Shown piece after piece: positions 37,462 through 48,980 of a stretch of 64,000 nucleotides of DNA. The notes under the pieces were generated by a model. It did no database searches and was not told the DNA's origin. It was given only the letters and a program-made list of their open reading frames with translations. A program made the translations under genes and the position numbers. The stretch lies in assembly GCA_013265495.1 (NCBI GenBank), contig MU058687.1, positions 5,144,093 to 5,208,092 on the forward strand, in the 5' to 3' direction. The DNA comes from Vicugna vicugna. Lineage: Eukaryota. Position 1 is the stretch's first letter, and each line of letters starts with the position of its first letter.

Positions 37462-38522
37462 CTACAACCTAGAGAATGGGAGAAAACATTTGCAAATGAT
37501 GTGACTGACAAAGGCTTAATTTCCAGAGTACATAAATAGCTCATACAATTTGACAGCAAAAAGAAAAAAAAAACCTAGTCCAAAAATGGGCAGAAGACCT
37601 AAACAAGAACTTCTCCAATGAAGACATATGAATGGCCAATAGACATATGAAAAAATGCTCAATATCACTAATTATCAGAGAAATGAAAATCCAAACTACA
37701 ATGAGCTATCACTTCACACCAGTCAGAATGGCCACCATCTGAAAGTCCAAGAATGATAAATGCTGGAGAGGGTGTGGAGAAAAGGGAACCCTCTTCCCTG
37801 CTGGTGGGAATGTAGGAAGTGCAGCCATTATGGAAACAGCATGAAGATTTCTCAAAAAACTAAAAATAGACTTACTATATGATCCAGCAATCCCACTTCT
37901 GGGTATATATCTGGAGGGAACTCTTAAGTCAAAAACATACATGCACCCCAATATTCATAGCAGCACTATATGCAATTGCCAAAACATGGAATCAACCTAA
38001 ATGTCCATCAACAGATGACTGGATAAAGTTGTGGTATATTTATACAATGGAATACTACTCCGCCATAAAAGAGAATAAAATAATGCCATTTGCAGCAACA
38101 TGGATGGACCTAGAGATCATCATCCTAAGTGAAGTAAGCCAAAAGAGAAAGAAAAATATCATATGATATCACTCATATATGGAATCCTAAAAAAAAAAAA
38201 AAAGGACACCATGAACTCATCTACAAAACAGAAAAAGACTCACAAACTTAGTAAACCATCTTATGGTTACTGGGGAAAGGGGGTGGGAGGGGATAAACTT
38301 GGCAGTTTGAGATTTACAAGTATTAGCCACTATATATAAAAATAGATTTTAAAAATTTCTTTTGTATAGCACAGGGAACTATGTTCAATATCTTGTAATA
38401 ACCTTGAATAGCAAAAAAATGTGAAAATGAACATATATATGTATATGCATGACTGGGATATTGTGCTGTACACCAGAGATAGACACGTTGTAATTGACTG
38501 TGCTTCAACTTAAAAAAAAGGA
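37462..38522 (+). mobile_element. 5'-truncated camelid L1 (ORF2 C-terminus, 3'UTR, poly(A))
   Basis: ORF2 remnant 'CTPIFIAALYAIAKTWNQPKCPSTDDWIKLWYIYTMEYYSAIK'. Probable TSD AGAAGAAAA (37453-37461 and 38523-38531). Confidence 0.92.
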
Positions 38523-39769
38523 AGAAGAAAAGTACACTATTTCTACATTACCAAATCACTCATCTACCTGCATTTTTATGCATATACTCAGCCTCCTCAT
38601 TTCTATTTAACTCTCCCTGCTCTAATTTAATATCAGCCTCCCATGAATGTATTGAACCCCATCCCTTCTTGCCTGTTTTATAACATTCCTAGTGCAATAC
38701 TATTTCCTCTCCTGCATCTCTTTCTCTACGGCATCTCTTTCTCTACAGCATTGCTAACATCACCATATGAAACTGCAGAAATATCTTCCTTATTTAAAAA
38801 AAAAAACCCTCCCCAGACTTTGCTGTGATAACGATATATGGCTCCTAGGTGCAATGTAATGTGTTACAGCCCTCTTTCCTTACACAGTGCTAGAACTTGC
38901 CTGGTAATGCATAAAACCCTAAGGAAATATCCATATACCCAACATTCAATAATTCAAAATATTAATGGTGAAAAGCCAAAAGTAAGTGTTTTCTAAGTGG
39001 CTTATTTTGGCTGCCCTCTGCATCCCCGCCAACTTGCCTCTGCTGTTAACTCCAATGACATCCTGCAGCACTGCCCCATTCCTTTGCTTGTCTTCATAGG
39101 GAAACTCCCTAGAAAGTTGTCTATAGTTTCTATCTTTACTTCCTTAATAGCTATTTTCTCTTCAACACATCCCAGTCTGTTTATCCCTGCCATTTACTGA
39201 TATTCCAAGTCTCAAGGTCACTGTGGACCTCCAATATGCCAAAGGCAATGATTAATTTCCAATTCTCAGCAGCCTCTGACACAGTTGATGAAACCCCTGT
39301 TCTTAAGACACCGTCTGTATTTATCTTCTGTATCACTATATTCTCCTGGGTTTTCTGGTACTTCTGTCTGTTCTTGTTCAGTTTTCTTTGCTTGATTCTC
39401 TTTCTTCCTGACCTCTAACTATTGGTCTTCCTCAGATCTCAGTACTCAGCCATCTTCTGCTTTCTATCAGCATTCTCTTTATAGTTGAACTAATTAGCCT
39501 CAATGTTTTAAACATCTTCTGTATGCTGATGACTCTCAGTTTTAGACTTCTAGTTCTGACCTTTCCCCTGAGCATTAAACTCGTTTACTGATTGCTTACT
39601 CGACATCTCCACTTGGTTTTCTAATAAGGTTCTCAAAATTAGCATGTCTAAAATTAAACTCATGCTTCTCTTCAAGTACTCTCTCCCCTATTTACTACAA
39701 TTCACTTCTCTTTGCCTGTCCCATCTTAGTCATTGTTACAATCGTTTACTCAGCTGCTCAAATCAAAAC

Positions 39770-42506
39770 TATATTAGTCAGGTTTCTCCAGAAAGCCAAA
39801 CCGATAGGATGTGTATACCTATAGAAAGAGATGTATTGTTTAATTTGCTCATACAATTGTAAGGATTGGCAAGACTAAAATCTGCAGGGAAGATCAACAG
39901 GCTGGAGACAGAGAAGAACTGATGTTGCAACTTGAGTACAAACACAGGCTGGAGGCAGAATTCCTTCTCTGGGGAATCTTAGTCCTTCCTCTTAAGCCTT
40001 TCAACTGATTGGATGAGGCCCACCCACCCTATGAAGGGTAATCTGCTCTACTGATTTAAATGTTAATCACATTTTAAAAATATCTTCACAGCAACATGTA
40101 ACCAGGCCATCACAATTCACTCCTTGTTAATTTGGTACTCAGACATGTCTCCTTAAACTGTATTTAGTCTCTAAATAAAGGCCATAACAAAGTCATAATT
40201 CTGCCTAACATGATACAAATATCCTATGTACAACCAAAAAGCACTAATATTTTCCCTAGAAGAGGACGCAAAGTTTTTAGATGTTCACTTTTCTCCTTGA
40301 TATCCTATGATTAAATACCATGATATAAAGTCAATATATCTTATGTTATATGATAAAGGGATAAAAGATGAAAAAACTCATAGATATTATATGTAATATG
40401 TGTATGTAAGATGTTATACAAGTGTAATATGTATAGTATGAAAGATAAATATTTATAAATATATTCATAGCAAAATAAGAAATATTGATAATAATTACAA
40501 TATTCATTTCTGTAACTGGTCATGTAGGATTTTATGTACCTTCTTCCACTACTCATTTTGTATTTCCTTTGCCATTAGCAAACACCTCAGCTGGTCATGA
40601 TTATTTACCTGGTAGGGTGATTCAAACCTTCATTCCTGTAGGGTTTGGATCATTAGCATTCTTGCCTGAACAGGGTTGTTGTAGTTTCTTGCTGACTTTA
40701 AACACAGGGCATGGGCAGTACTAAGAGACATCCTAAAGGATTTCCTGTGTCCAGACCTACTCTTTCTTAGCCTCCATTGTGGAGCAGCAGTCCAGTTTCT
40801 CCTTAGTAATCAGGGTCAGTTGTCCCAGCCAGCACAGTGATGCCCTCTTTGCCTGCTGACTGAGAGGCATGAGGAGTCCAAGGTGGCTGGTGGTAGTCTT
40901 AACTTCCAGTTCTATGGAGTGATTGCTGTGTCTCCTGATGACCCATAGTGACATTCTGGGTCTCTGGAATTAGTGCCAATTCAGAGCTAGTGTCCAATAT
41001 TCCTCAAGAAGTCTGAATGTTTCCTTTTCCTCAATGCACACCCTGGTAAAAGGCCATAGACCCCTTTATAATAGACTGAGAGGAAGGATAACAGTATACA
41101 TTGTTTGGCAGTGTAGTGGGCTCCTTCCTCAAGGGGAACTGGCCTCCCTTTTATTCATTCAAGGGGTTCTGAGCTTGTAAACTGGCCCTCAGTGCTCTGG
41201 GATCCGATTACTTCCATTACCTGTGGGTTTTCCAATTCAGTGACAGCAGTGCCCACTGTACATCATGACCTACAGAGATGAGCGGTCACACGGCTCTTCA
41301 GGAATGTTGAGGTTCTCCCCACAAAGTTATTTCTCACAGTCATGGAGAAAGGTATGCCCTCTGCACCCTCCTAGGGCAGGTGAGCAGGTCTTAAAGGAGA
41401 AATTTGCACTAACCTTTGGATCTCTTCGTCTACGGCATTTCAAGGCAATTCTGGTATTTCAGTTCATTTAGGGCAGGCCACCATTTGGTGCACATCTTAT
41501 CCAGACAACCAAACAAACAGTTAGTGTTCTTTCTACGACCCTAATTCTGCCTGATCAAACTTTATGATCCTCCCACCATGATGCCATGCTTTTAATGCTC
41601 ACTTCCACCCATATTACACAAATTTCTGTCTGTATAAATTGGAAAAATCACGTAGTTCTTGTGCAGCGTACTGCACCTCTTCATGGGTCACATTTTGTAC
41701 AACACATTTAGGAGCCTAGGGGAACTCGAGTCTAGTGATAGGTTGAGAAGCAAAGAGGAGTGGTGAGGGCAGGACCTAAGGAGACTCAGCAACGTTTTGC
41801 AAGGCAATACCTCAGGGGAGGTCATTACAGTTTTCTCAGGCAAAGCAGAGTTAATCTCCTCAGATGGGGGTAGAGCAGCTGCTTCTACTGGCAAAGAAGA
41901 CTCATCAGAATTTAAGGGTTCAGTGACCCTAGCTTTTTCAAGATCTTCCCATATGTCCCCATTCCAATTTTCAGGATCCCAGTCCTTCCCAATCAACGCC
42001 CTGACTTTAACAGCAGACACCCCGTGAGGTTGGAAATTCAATTTGCATTGTAATTCAACTGTTGGCAGGATGAGGCTGATCTGGTTTTCAGCAATCTCAG
42101 CTCTTTGGCTACAGGTGCTAAGAGTTTCTTTCAGGGTAGGCATAGAAATTTCTAGGTCTTGTATGCAAACCATGAGCTGGTGATTTGAATCTCTGAACTC
42201 ATTCTTCTATTTTCCCTCTTTGTCCAGAGCACATAGCCAATGCCATACTCATTATTTTGACAAAAATCCTCTAAGATATCAAATGCATGATCCCTCAGAA
42301 ATTTACCTCTTAAAAGTCATCGTTAGGAGTACCTGGTGGTGATGTTTTGTGAATCTCTATTACCACATCATTCCATGGACTATCCATGCCCTTGCTGTTA
42401 ATAGGAATAGCTATCAATGCCTCTAAATCTAATCAGATTGAAGAACCAATTCCAAAAAGTGGGTACCATGGCCTAGCCAAGTTGACACATAAAATTAACC
42501 ATCATG
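39770..42506 (-). mobile_element. Internally deleted ERV-L provirus with MLT2 LTRs
   Basis: 3' LTR at 39770-~40108, pol-end remnant, protease ('ILDTSSEL', ~40975-41005), gag remnants, 5' LTR reduced to ~45 bp. 5-bp TSD AAAAC at 39765-39769 and 42507-42511. Confidence 0.9.
41688..42173 (-). pseudogene. ERV-L gag N-terminal remnant (Fv1-related family), 161-codon ORF
   Basis: 'LKETL..CSQRAEIAENQ..LI....ELQCKLN.QP..VSAVKVRALIGKDWDPENWNGDIWED' is the ERV-L gag signature. Flanking gag sequence is disrupted. Confidence 0.85.
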
Positions 42507-43364
42507 AAAACCTGTAAGACATCCTTGACATCTTTCACTCTCACCACACACTTGATCCATCAGCTCCCTCCACTTTCAAAATATATTCTGCCTCTGATCA
42601 CTTACACCTTCATCATTATCACCATCCTAGTCCAAGCTATCATCACCACTCACCTAAACTCTCTAAATGATCTCTTTTTGCTTTATGTGCTTTCACTCTG
42701 CCTCCTATTCCACTGGCTCTTACTTTTGAGTCCATCATTTATGCAACAACCAACATGGTTTAAGACCTAAATCTAATCATTTCACTCACCAGCTTAAAAA
42801 ACTCCAGTGGCCCCCATCAAACTCAAAATAAAACCCAAATTTCCTATCATTGTCTACAATCTTATGTAGTCTGGTTCTGCCTCTCTCTTTCTCTGATTTC
42901 ATTTCCACATTCACCAGTAGTTTTACTAACTCCCTAATGTCCAACTGGAGGTGTTTTTTGTCCCTTTTGCTTGGAAACGTCCTCTCCCAGATGTTTCTAT
43001 GACTCCATCCAGATCATTGCTCAGAAATCACCCCTTCAAAGTTCTTTCAGGATAACCCTATGTAAATTAACTGCATTAGACACTATTCTCTTTTCTGACT
43101 ATTTTTCTTCATAATACTTATTACTGTTTAACATTATATTATGCATGTATTTGTTTAATATCTGCCTTCCCAGCTAGAATAAAACTTTCAAGAGGACAGC
43201 TGCTTGCATGCTTTGTTTCTTGCCAAATCCCAAGGTCCTAGAACTAGATCTAATACACAGTAATGCACAATCATATCTGTCAAATGAATGAATGGCAATA
43301 ATAATACTCTAGGTTAGTATTCATAAGGTTGTCGAGAGGGTTAAATTTGTTAACGCACTTATGC

Positions 43365-43865
43365 CGGAGACTGTTAATTATCTCCTAATGTCACTTCTTC
43401 TCTTCTTTCCTAACAGAATTTCCAATTTTTATTTGGACATGTGGCTACCCAGAGTAAAGTCTTCATTTCCCACCATGCTTTTCAGTTAGGAATGATCACG
43501 TGACTAGTTCCAGTCAGCAAAGCACAAGTAAAAGTATCAGAGACGCTTAAAGAAGCAGGTGGTGGATGAGAGGTTCCCCCCCCCCCCTTCTTTTCTCCTG
43601 CTGACTGAATTTGGGAATGATGGCTGGAGCTCCACATACTCTCTGGCATCCATCCTGAAGCATAAGATGACCTTAGAGTAGAAGTCAACCATGGACGATC
43701 ACTAGACACAAAGAGCTGGGTTCTTGCCACCACAGGGTAACATTTCATGCCCAGACCTACTATCTCTGAGCTTCCTGAATGTGAGGGGAAAATAAACCTG
43801 TCACTTTAAACTCATTTTTAATTTGGGGTTTTCTGTTCCTTGCAACCATGCATACTTCTAACAAT
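43365..43865 (+). mobile_element. MLT1J-like LTR
   Basis: 'cttctttcctaacagaatt', 'ttcatttcccacc..gcttttcagttagg..tgatcacgtgactagttcc', 'tgatggctggagctcc'. Confidence 0.75.
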
Positions 43866-43984
43866 TTTAACATGTAAATTGACAAAGTTTAGACCACAGT
43901 AAGCCCCGATAAATATTAGTTTTTGATCTGTACTAGTCTCATTGTTTTAAATTTTTCTATTTCTGTATCTCCTTGTCAGCATTA

Positions 43985-44330
43985 TTGTTGGTGGTATATG
44001 CTGTGTTGTGCCAAGTGCTGGGGGTGAGGACAAGAATAAGACAGAGCTTTGATATAAAGGCCATTGTGGTTTGGGGACAGTAGAAATAAAATTACAATAC
44101 AATGTGAAATGTGCTTTGATATTTTAATAAAAACATGCCATGGGATGGGCAGCATAAGTCTTCCAGGAGGAGCAGAGGCAGATTCATCGCAGAAAGCATA
44201 AATCTTGAGCCAAGACTTAAATATGTATAGAAGACTATCATGAGAACAAAAGCTGGGGAGGGCAGAGAGAAAAGAAAGAGGAATGACTGCATATGGGCTC
44301 CCTGTCAGGTGAACAGGAATGATATGTATC
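43985..44330 (-). mobile_element. L2 3' fragment
   Basis: 'tgtgccaagtgctgggggtgaggacaagaataagacag', 'tcttgagccaagacttaaa', 'gcagagagaaa'. Confidence 0.6.
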
Positions 44331-46500
44331 TTACCAAAAAAAAAAAAAGGTCTTCTTGCCCCCAGGAAAGCCACGGCTTTTATCTTACCCAGTACTTCAT
44401 TGCATAAGTGAAGTCACTATATTAAAAAAAAAATTCATTAACACAGTGATGGACAGATCAGTTGATATCACAGAAAGGAAGAAGGTGATTTCCACGTGGA
44501 GTGTGTATAATTGGAATTGTCAAAAGTGGGCACAGTGACATATGTTGGGTGTGGGCTTCTTGGGGGATTGAAGTAGGGGAAGGGAAAGAGGAGGTGGCAG
44601 GAAAGAGCATATAAATACATAAAATGAGGAAGCTCTTCCCAGGGAAAGATAGCCTTTTAAGGTAATGATTTTAAAAGTAGTTTTTAAAAACGACACTGTT
44701 AAGTACCACCTATTCTAACCCTTACATTGTCAGGCAATAAGTTTGAAGCTAGTATTCATTCAGAGTAACATTTTTGTATAAATTTCAAAATCCTTCCCCT
44801 ACTTCCGCTCTATGTGTTTTTGCAGCGCAAATCAGAGGTCAAGGGAAGAAGCGCTAAGACAGCAAAGTAAGGATGAATAGTTTTGGATTTCCTCCTTAAG
44901 ATGTCTCTAATGCTGCCACCTCAGTGCTTTTGCAGATTCCTAATTTGGATCCTCAGGACTCTGACGCTGTCCATTTAACCTCCTGAAACTAAACTGACCT
45001 TAAATTTGCTCCTGAACTTTCTCTTAACCTCTAACATTGGATTTAGCATTTAGATACAGATTAACACTGATTCTAGGTGTGTATCTTGATACTGTCTCAC
45101 ATTAGCACTTATTTAAAATGTAATTTTTCACATGACTTAAAGCCAAGTCCTCTTCTACAAACTCATCTCTGAAAATATAACGAGAGTCTACTGGAGAATA
45201 TTATTTGACCTATAAAAATCAAACTTACAGATTTAAAATTTTAAGAATGACTATAATAAAAACAAAACAAAACAAACAAACAAAAATACCTCACAAAGCC
45301 ACCCCTGTAGGAACTGATTTCTGGGATTGGAAAAGAAAGGGAAAATAACATTGATTTAGTGATACTTTATTATAATATATCCCTCACTTTAGCTACTCTT
45401 CGCCTCATTCTAAAGCAGCAAACTTTCTCATTGACAGTATAATTCCAATCTTTCTTTGGAGAAATATGCAATAGTTGGTAATCGCATGCATTCTAAAGCA
45501 TCTCATTTTATGCCCCCCAAATGCATGATTTACTCTGAATGATAAATATGGCTATGAAATGGAGTGTTTCCGGCATTCACAGATCAAATGTAACTGGGGA
45601 GGAATAACTCAGATGCATCCTGATGGTTTATATTTCCACGCACTAATATTTGCTTCACACCATATGTCACAGCAACACAAGAATGTGGTAAAGCGGAAGA
45701 GCCCAGCGGTTTTCTCTTCCAACATCTGGTCTTCCAAGGAAATCTTGCCCTTTAGAGATTCATATTTAAATCCCAAGATAGGTGGGCTAATAAAAAGCCT
45801 TTGTTAGAGGCAGCAAAAGGAGTGCTAAAAAGTCTTCTTTTTATCCTCAAACTGGCATCAATGAATTCTGTGATAATCTCAGTGGAATTAAACAAAAAGA
45901 TCTAGTAGTCCACTGGACTCTCCCAGAAAAGTCACACGCAGTGTTCGTTCTCACAGCAGTAAAGAGAACCAGATGTCAGCCTTTTAAATGGTGGCCGTTC
46001 TTCAAGACTTCTGACCTTAGCTGGGAACAAGGCAGCCAGCCCTGGAGACATGACAGTTACTTAAGGAACGAAGGCAACGTCTTCTTCCTAAAGCTGGCTT
46101 GGCCAGTCTCCAGAGAAAAAGACCAAGACCACACTAGCTGAATTGACGGGATTCACAATACATGCTCTCCAATCCTTCAACGAAGGAAGAAGAGGATATG
46201 CGCTCATATTTCCTGCCTCCCTGCAGGAATAAATGAGCTGTGTTTGTTCTCTTCATTTCTTCACATGCTCCTTATTCGAGTCAGTGCAATATGACCACTG
46301 TCCCTACCACTTCATAGAAACTACCCACCGAGTTCCCAAATGGTCACCATATAAGCTAAATGTCACATACCCCTTTCCTATCTTTCTGTTGCTTCACGAT
46401 AGCATTTAACATCATTGGCTGCTCTTTTCCTTGGAGGATACTTTTTTCTTGCATTAAATATTACATTTCCCTGTTCTTCTAATCATTTTTTTCTAAATCC

Positions 46501-46502
<2 letters not shown>

Positions 46503-46534
<32 letters not shown>
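46503..46534 (+). repeat. (TG)16 microsatellite
   Basis: Directly visible. Confidence 0.97.
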
Positions 46535-46535
<1 letters not shown>

Positions 46536-46678
46536 TTTCTCCACTTTCTCTAGACCTTCAAGTTTTGCTGTTTGGCAGACCTTTGATGTTTGGCAAAGAG
46601 GGTCTTAGGCCTTCTTTCCATCTCTGTCCTTGTCCTAGATGATCTAAGTCCCTATCGAAATTCCAGTTCCTCATCACC

Positions 46679-47138
46679 TGTATTACTGCTCGTGCTGGTG
46701 TCCTCTTCACCCCTCCAGGTATGTTGTCTACCTTTCTCTACTCCGTTCTGTGCCCTGGGAAGTTGATCTCTGTAAACTGCATCTTTGGTTCTCCTGGTGG
46801 TGGTTTGTTCTTCTCAAGAAGTATACCAGCAGGAAACTGGGTCCTAGGAGGAGGATGTGTTAGCAGTGGTTGCGTTCCCTTACCAGCCACCATTCTTGTC
46901 AGGGAACCCTCTCCTACAGTGATGGGCCTTGGCTGATTTCAGTACCTTTTTCTTTCCCTTTACCCCTCAAGCTTCGGGGCGGCAGCAGCTTTCACTTGTG
47001 CTCATCCAGAGGACTTCCCCAAGTCTTACTGTGCTCCTGAACCCAGCCAACAACTTTGTAAATAGTTCATTCATTCAAGTCTTTTCAAGTGACTTCTTTC
47101 CAGGACGCCATCTATTTGCTGCCAAAACTCTGACCCAC
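46679..47138 (+). mobile_element. LTR33/LTR16-like ERV-L LTR
   Basis: 'tctgtgccctgggaagttgatctctgtaaactgcatc', 'ccagccaacaactttgtaaatagttcattcattcaa', 'gccatctatttgctgcc...tctgac'. Confidence 0.65.
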
Positions 47139-47741
47139 AAGCTAAGATGACCCTAATCTGTATCTCAAGTTCATCTCTCTTGCCTGAGAGCAAGATTCAC
47201 GAAGTTAACTTGGATTTTGGGGGGATATTTACATACTAACATGCCAGCAATGAACATATCAGCTTTTCTTTCTCTGTATTTGCCTTGACATTGTTATTTG
47301 AAAAACTCAATTTTTCAAGACAGAAATATCAAAGTCACCTTTAACTCTTCTCTTTCCTTCAATTTTCTCATCCAATTGAATACTAAATTTTAGTGAGTCT
47401 GCTCTAAATATTTCCTGAACCCATCCATTTCCTCCATTCTGTTTCTGTACTAGACCAGACTACCTTCAACTTCTGTCTACTCTCCCTTAAAATACATTTT
47501 CTACAGGGAAGCCAGAGTGATCTTTCTAAGAAGTAAGTTTCATTATGTCAAAACTCTCTCTCTATATATATAACCCTTTAAAATGGATTTCCATCACCTT
47601 CGGATAAAATCCAGGCTCCTTACCATGGTTACGTGCTCAGCCATGACCTGACCCATGCTCCAGCATAACATTCATTATACTTTACTGTAATTTGTCATTG
47701 AAATGCCACCTGCCCCCATCAGAGTGAAGGGCCACTGGTTA

Positions 47742-48155
47742 GGTGCTACGAGCTGAAGAACATCCCCCCAAAATCTCCATGTTGAAGTTCTAATTCCAAA
47801 TTCCTCATTCGCAGTGGGACTTTATTTGAAAACAAGGTCACTGCAGGTGTAATTAGTTAAGATGAGGTCACACCAGACCAAGGTGGGTCTCTAAGTCAGT
47901 ATGACTGGTGTCCTTACAAAAAGGGGAATTTGGTCACAAGTGCCGACATGTGATTAAAAAGAGGCTAAGGGAGAAGACGGCCATCTACAAGCCAAGAAGG
48001 CAGGCCTACAACAGACCCCTCTTCACCGCATTTAGAAGGAACTGATGCCGTTGGCACCACCACTTTCTAGCCTCCAGAAAATGAGACCATCAACATCTGT
48101 TGTTTAAGCCACTCTGTTCGTGACACTTTGTCACAGCTGCCCTAGCAAACTAATA
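47742..48155 (+). mobile_element. MLT1A/B-like solo LTR
   Basis: 'tttatttgaaaacaaggtcactgcaggtgtaattagttaagatgaggtca', 'gccatctacaagccaag', ends 'gctgccctagcaaactaata'. Confidence 0.85.
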
Positions 48156-48503
48156 TGACTGTCTGGATGATTATGGCATCCCAAGTCTGTGCTAAGGTCT
48201 CAGACATACACAGGAGACATACAAATATTTCTATAAATATTTGTTGAGTGATTGAATGGATTCCTATAACTACTGTGAAGGAAAGTTATGTATTTGGCGG
48301 TAGGTTAGACCAGTTTGATGGGGCCTAATTCTTCTAGTATCAAGAATATCTCATAACACCTGATCATGAGCAAAAAGCTGAAGGGTAGTGTTTTAATCAG
48401 TCTCATCACATTCAATATTAATTAATCAAGCAGGAAAATGGAGTAAACTTTCCCCAGAAAAAAAGATGGTGAGAATCCTTACTTATAATAGAATAATAAC
48501 TTA

Positions 48504-48980
48504 TTTTTTTAATTGAAGTGCAGTCAATTACAATGTGTCTTTCTGTGGTGTACAGCACAATATCCCAGTCACGTATATGCGTGCGTATATTCGTTTTCAT
48601 TTTTTTTCCGTTAAAGGTTATTACGAGATATTGAACATAGTTTCCTGTGCTATACAAAAGAAACCTTTTTTAAAAAATCTATTTTTATATATAGTGGCTA
48701 ACATTTGTAAATCTTATACTTGCAAATTTATCCCCTACCACCCTCTTTCCCTGGTAAGGGAGAAGGACACACATAGATGGAAAATGAGAGGATGAAAAAA
48801 AGATATTCCATGCAAATGGAAATGAAAAGAAAGCAGGAGTACCAATACTGATTTCAGACAAAATAGACTTTAAAACAACGTCCATAAAGAAAGATAAAGA
48901 AGGCCACTATATAATGATTAAAGGAGCAATACAAGATGAGGATATTACACTCGTTAACAAATATGCACCCAATATAGGAG
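48504..48980 (-). mobile_element. Camelid L1 3' end (48504-48757, minus) joined to an inverted ORF2 endonuclease fragment (48757-48980, plus)
   Basis: 3'UTR is the same family as 37462-38522. Plus strand gives 'KIFHANGNEKKAGVPILISDKIDFK...GHYIMIKG..QDEDITLVNKYAPN'. Confidence 0.9.

Larger units (their letters stand above)
36050..43293 (+). mobile_element. Near full-length L2 LINE split by nested insertions
   Basis: EN-like 'II.YDFSTHI' region (~36260); RT motifs 'SAASDTVD' (~39265) and 'LYADD' (~39519); 3' tail 'gtcaaatgaatgaatg' (~43280). Pieces are collinear across the insertions. Confidence 0.75.
46255..48260 (+). mobile_element. L2 (3' half) split by LTR33-like and MLT1A/B-like LTRs
   Basis: 'cagggaagccagagtgatctttctaa', 'ggataaaatccaggctccttaccatgg', tail 'aaatatttgttgagtgattgaatg'. 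Confidence 0.7.

Noticed and set aside
37879..38166. 95-aa ORF with protein-like sequence
   Set aside because: It is the C-terminal remnant of L1 ORF2 in a truncated, frameshifted copy.
44908..44930. CTCF-like 'tgctgccacctcagtgc'
   Set aside because: Only half of the core matches.
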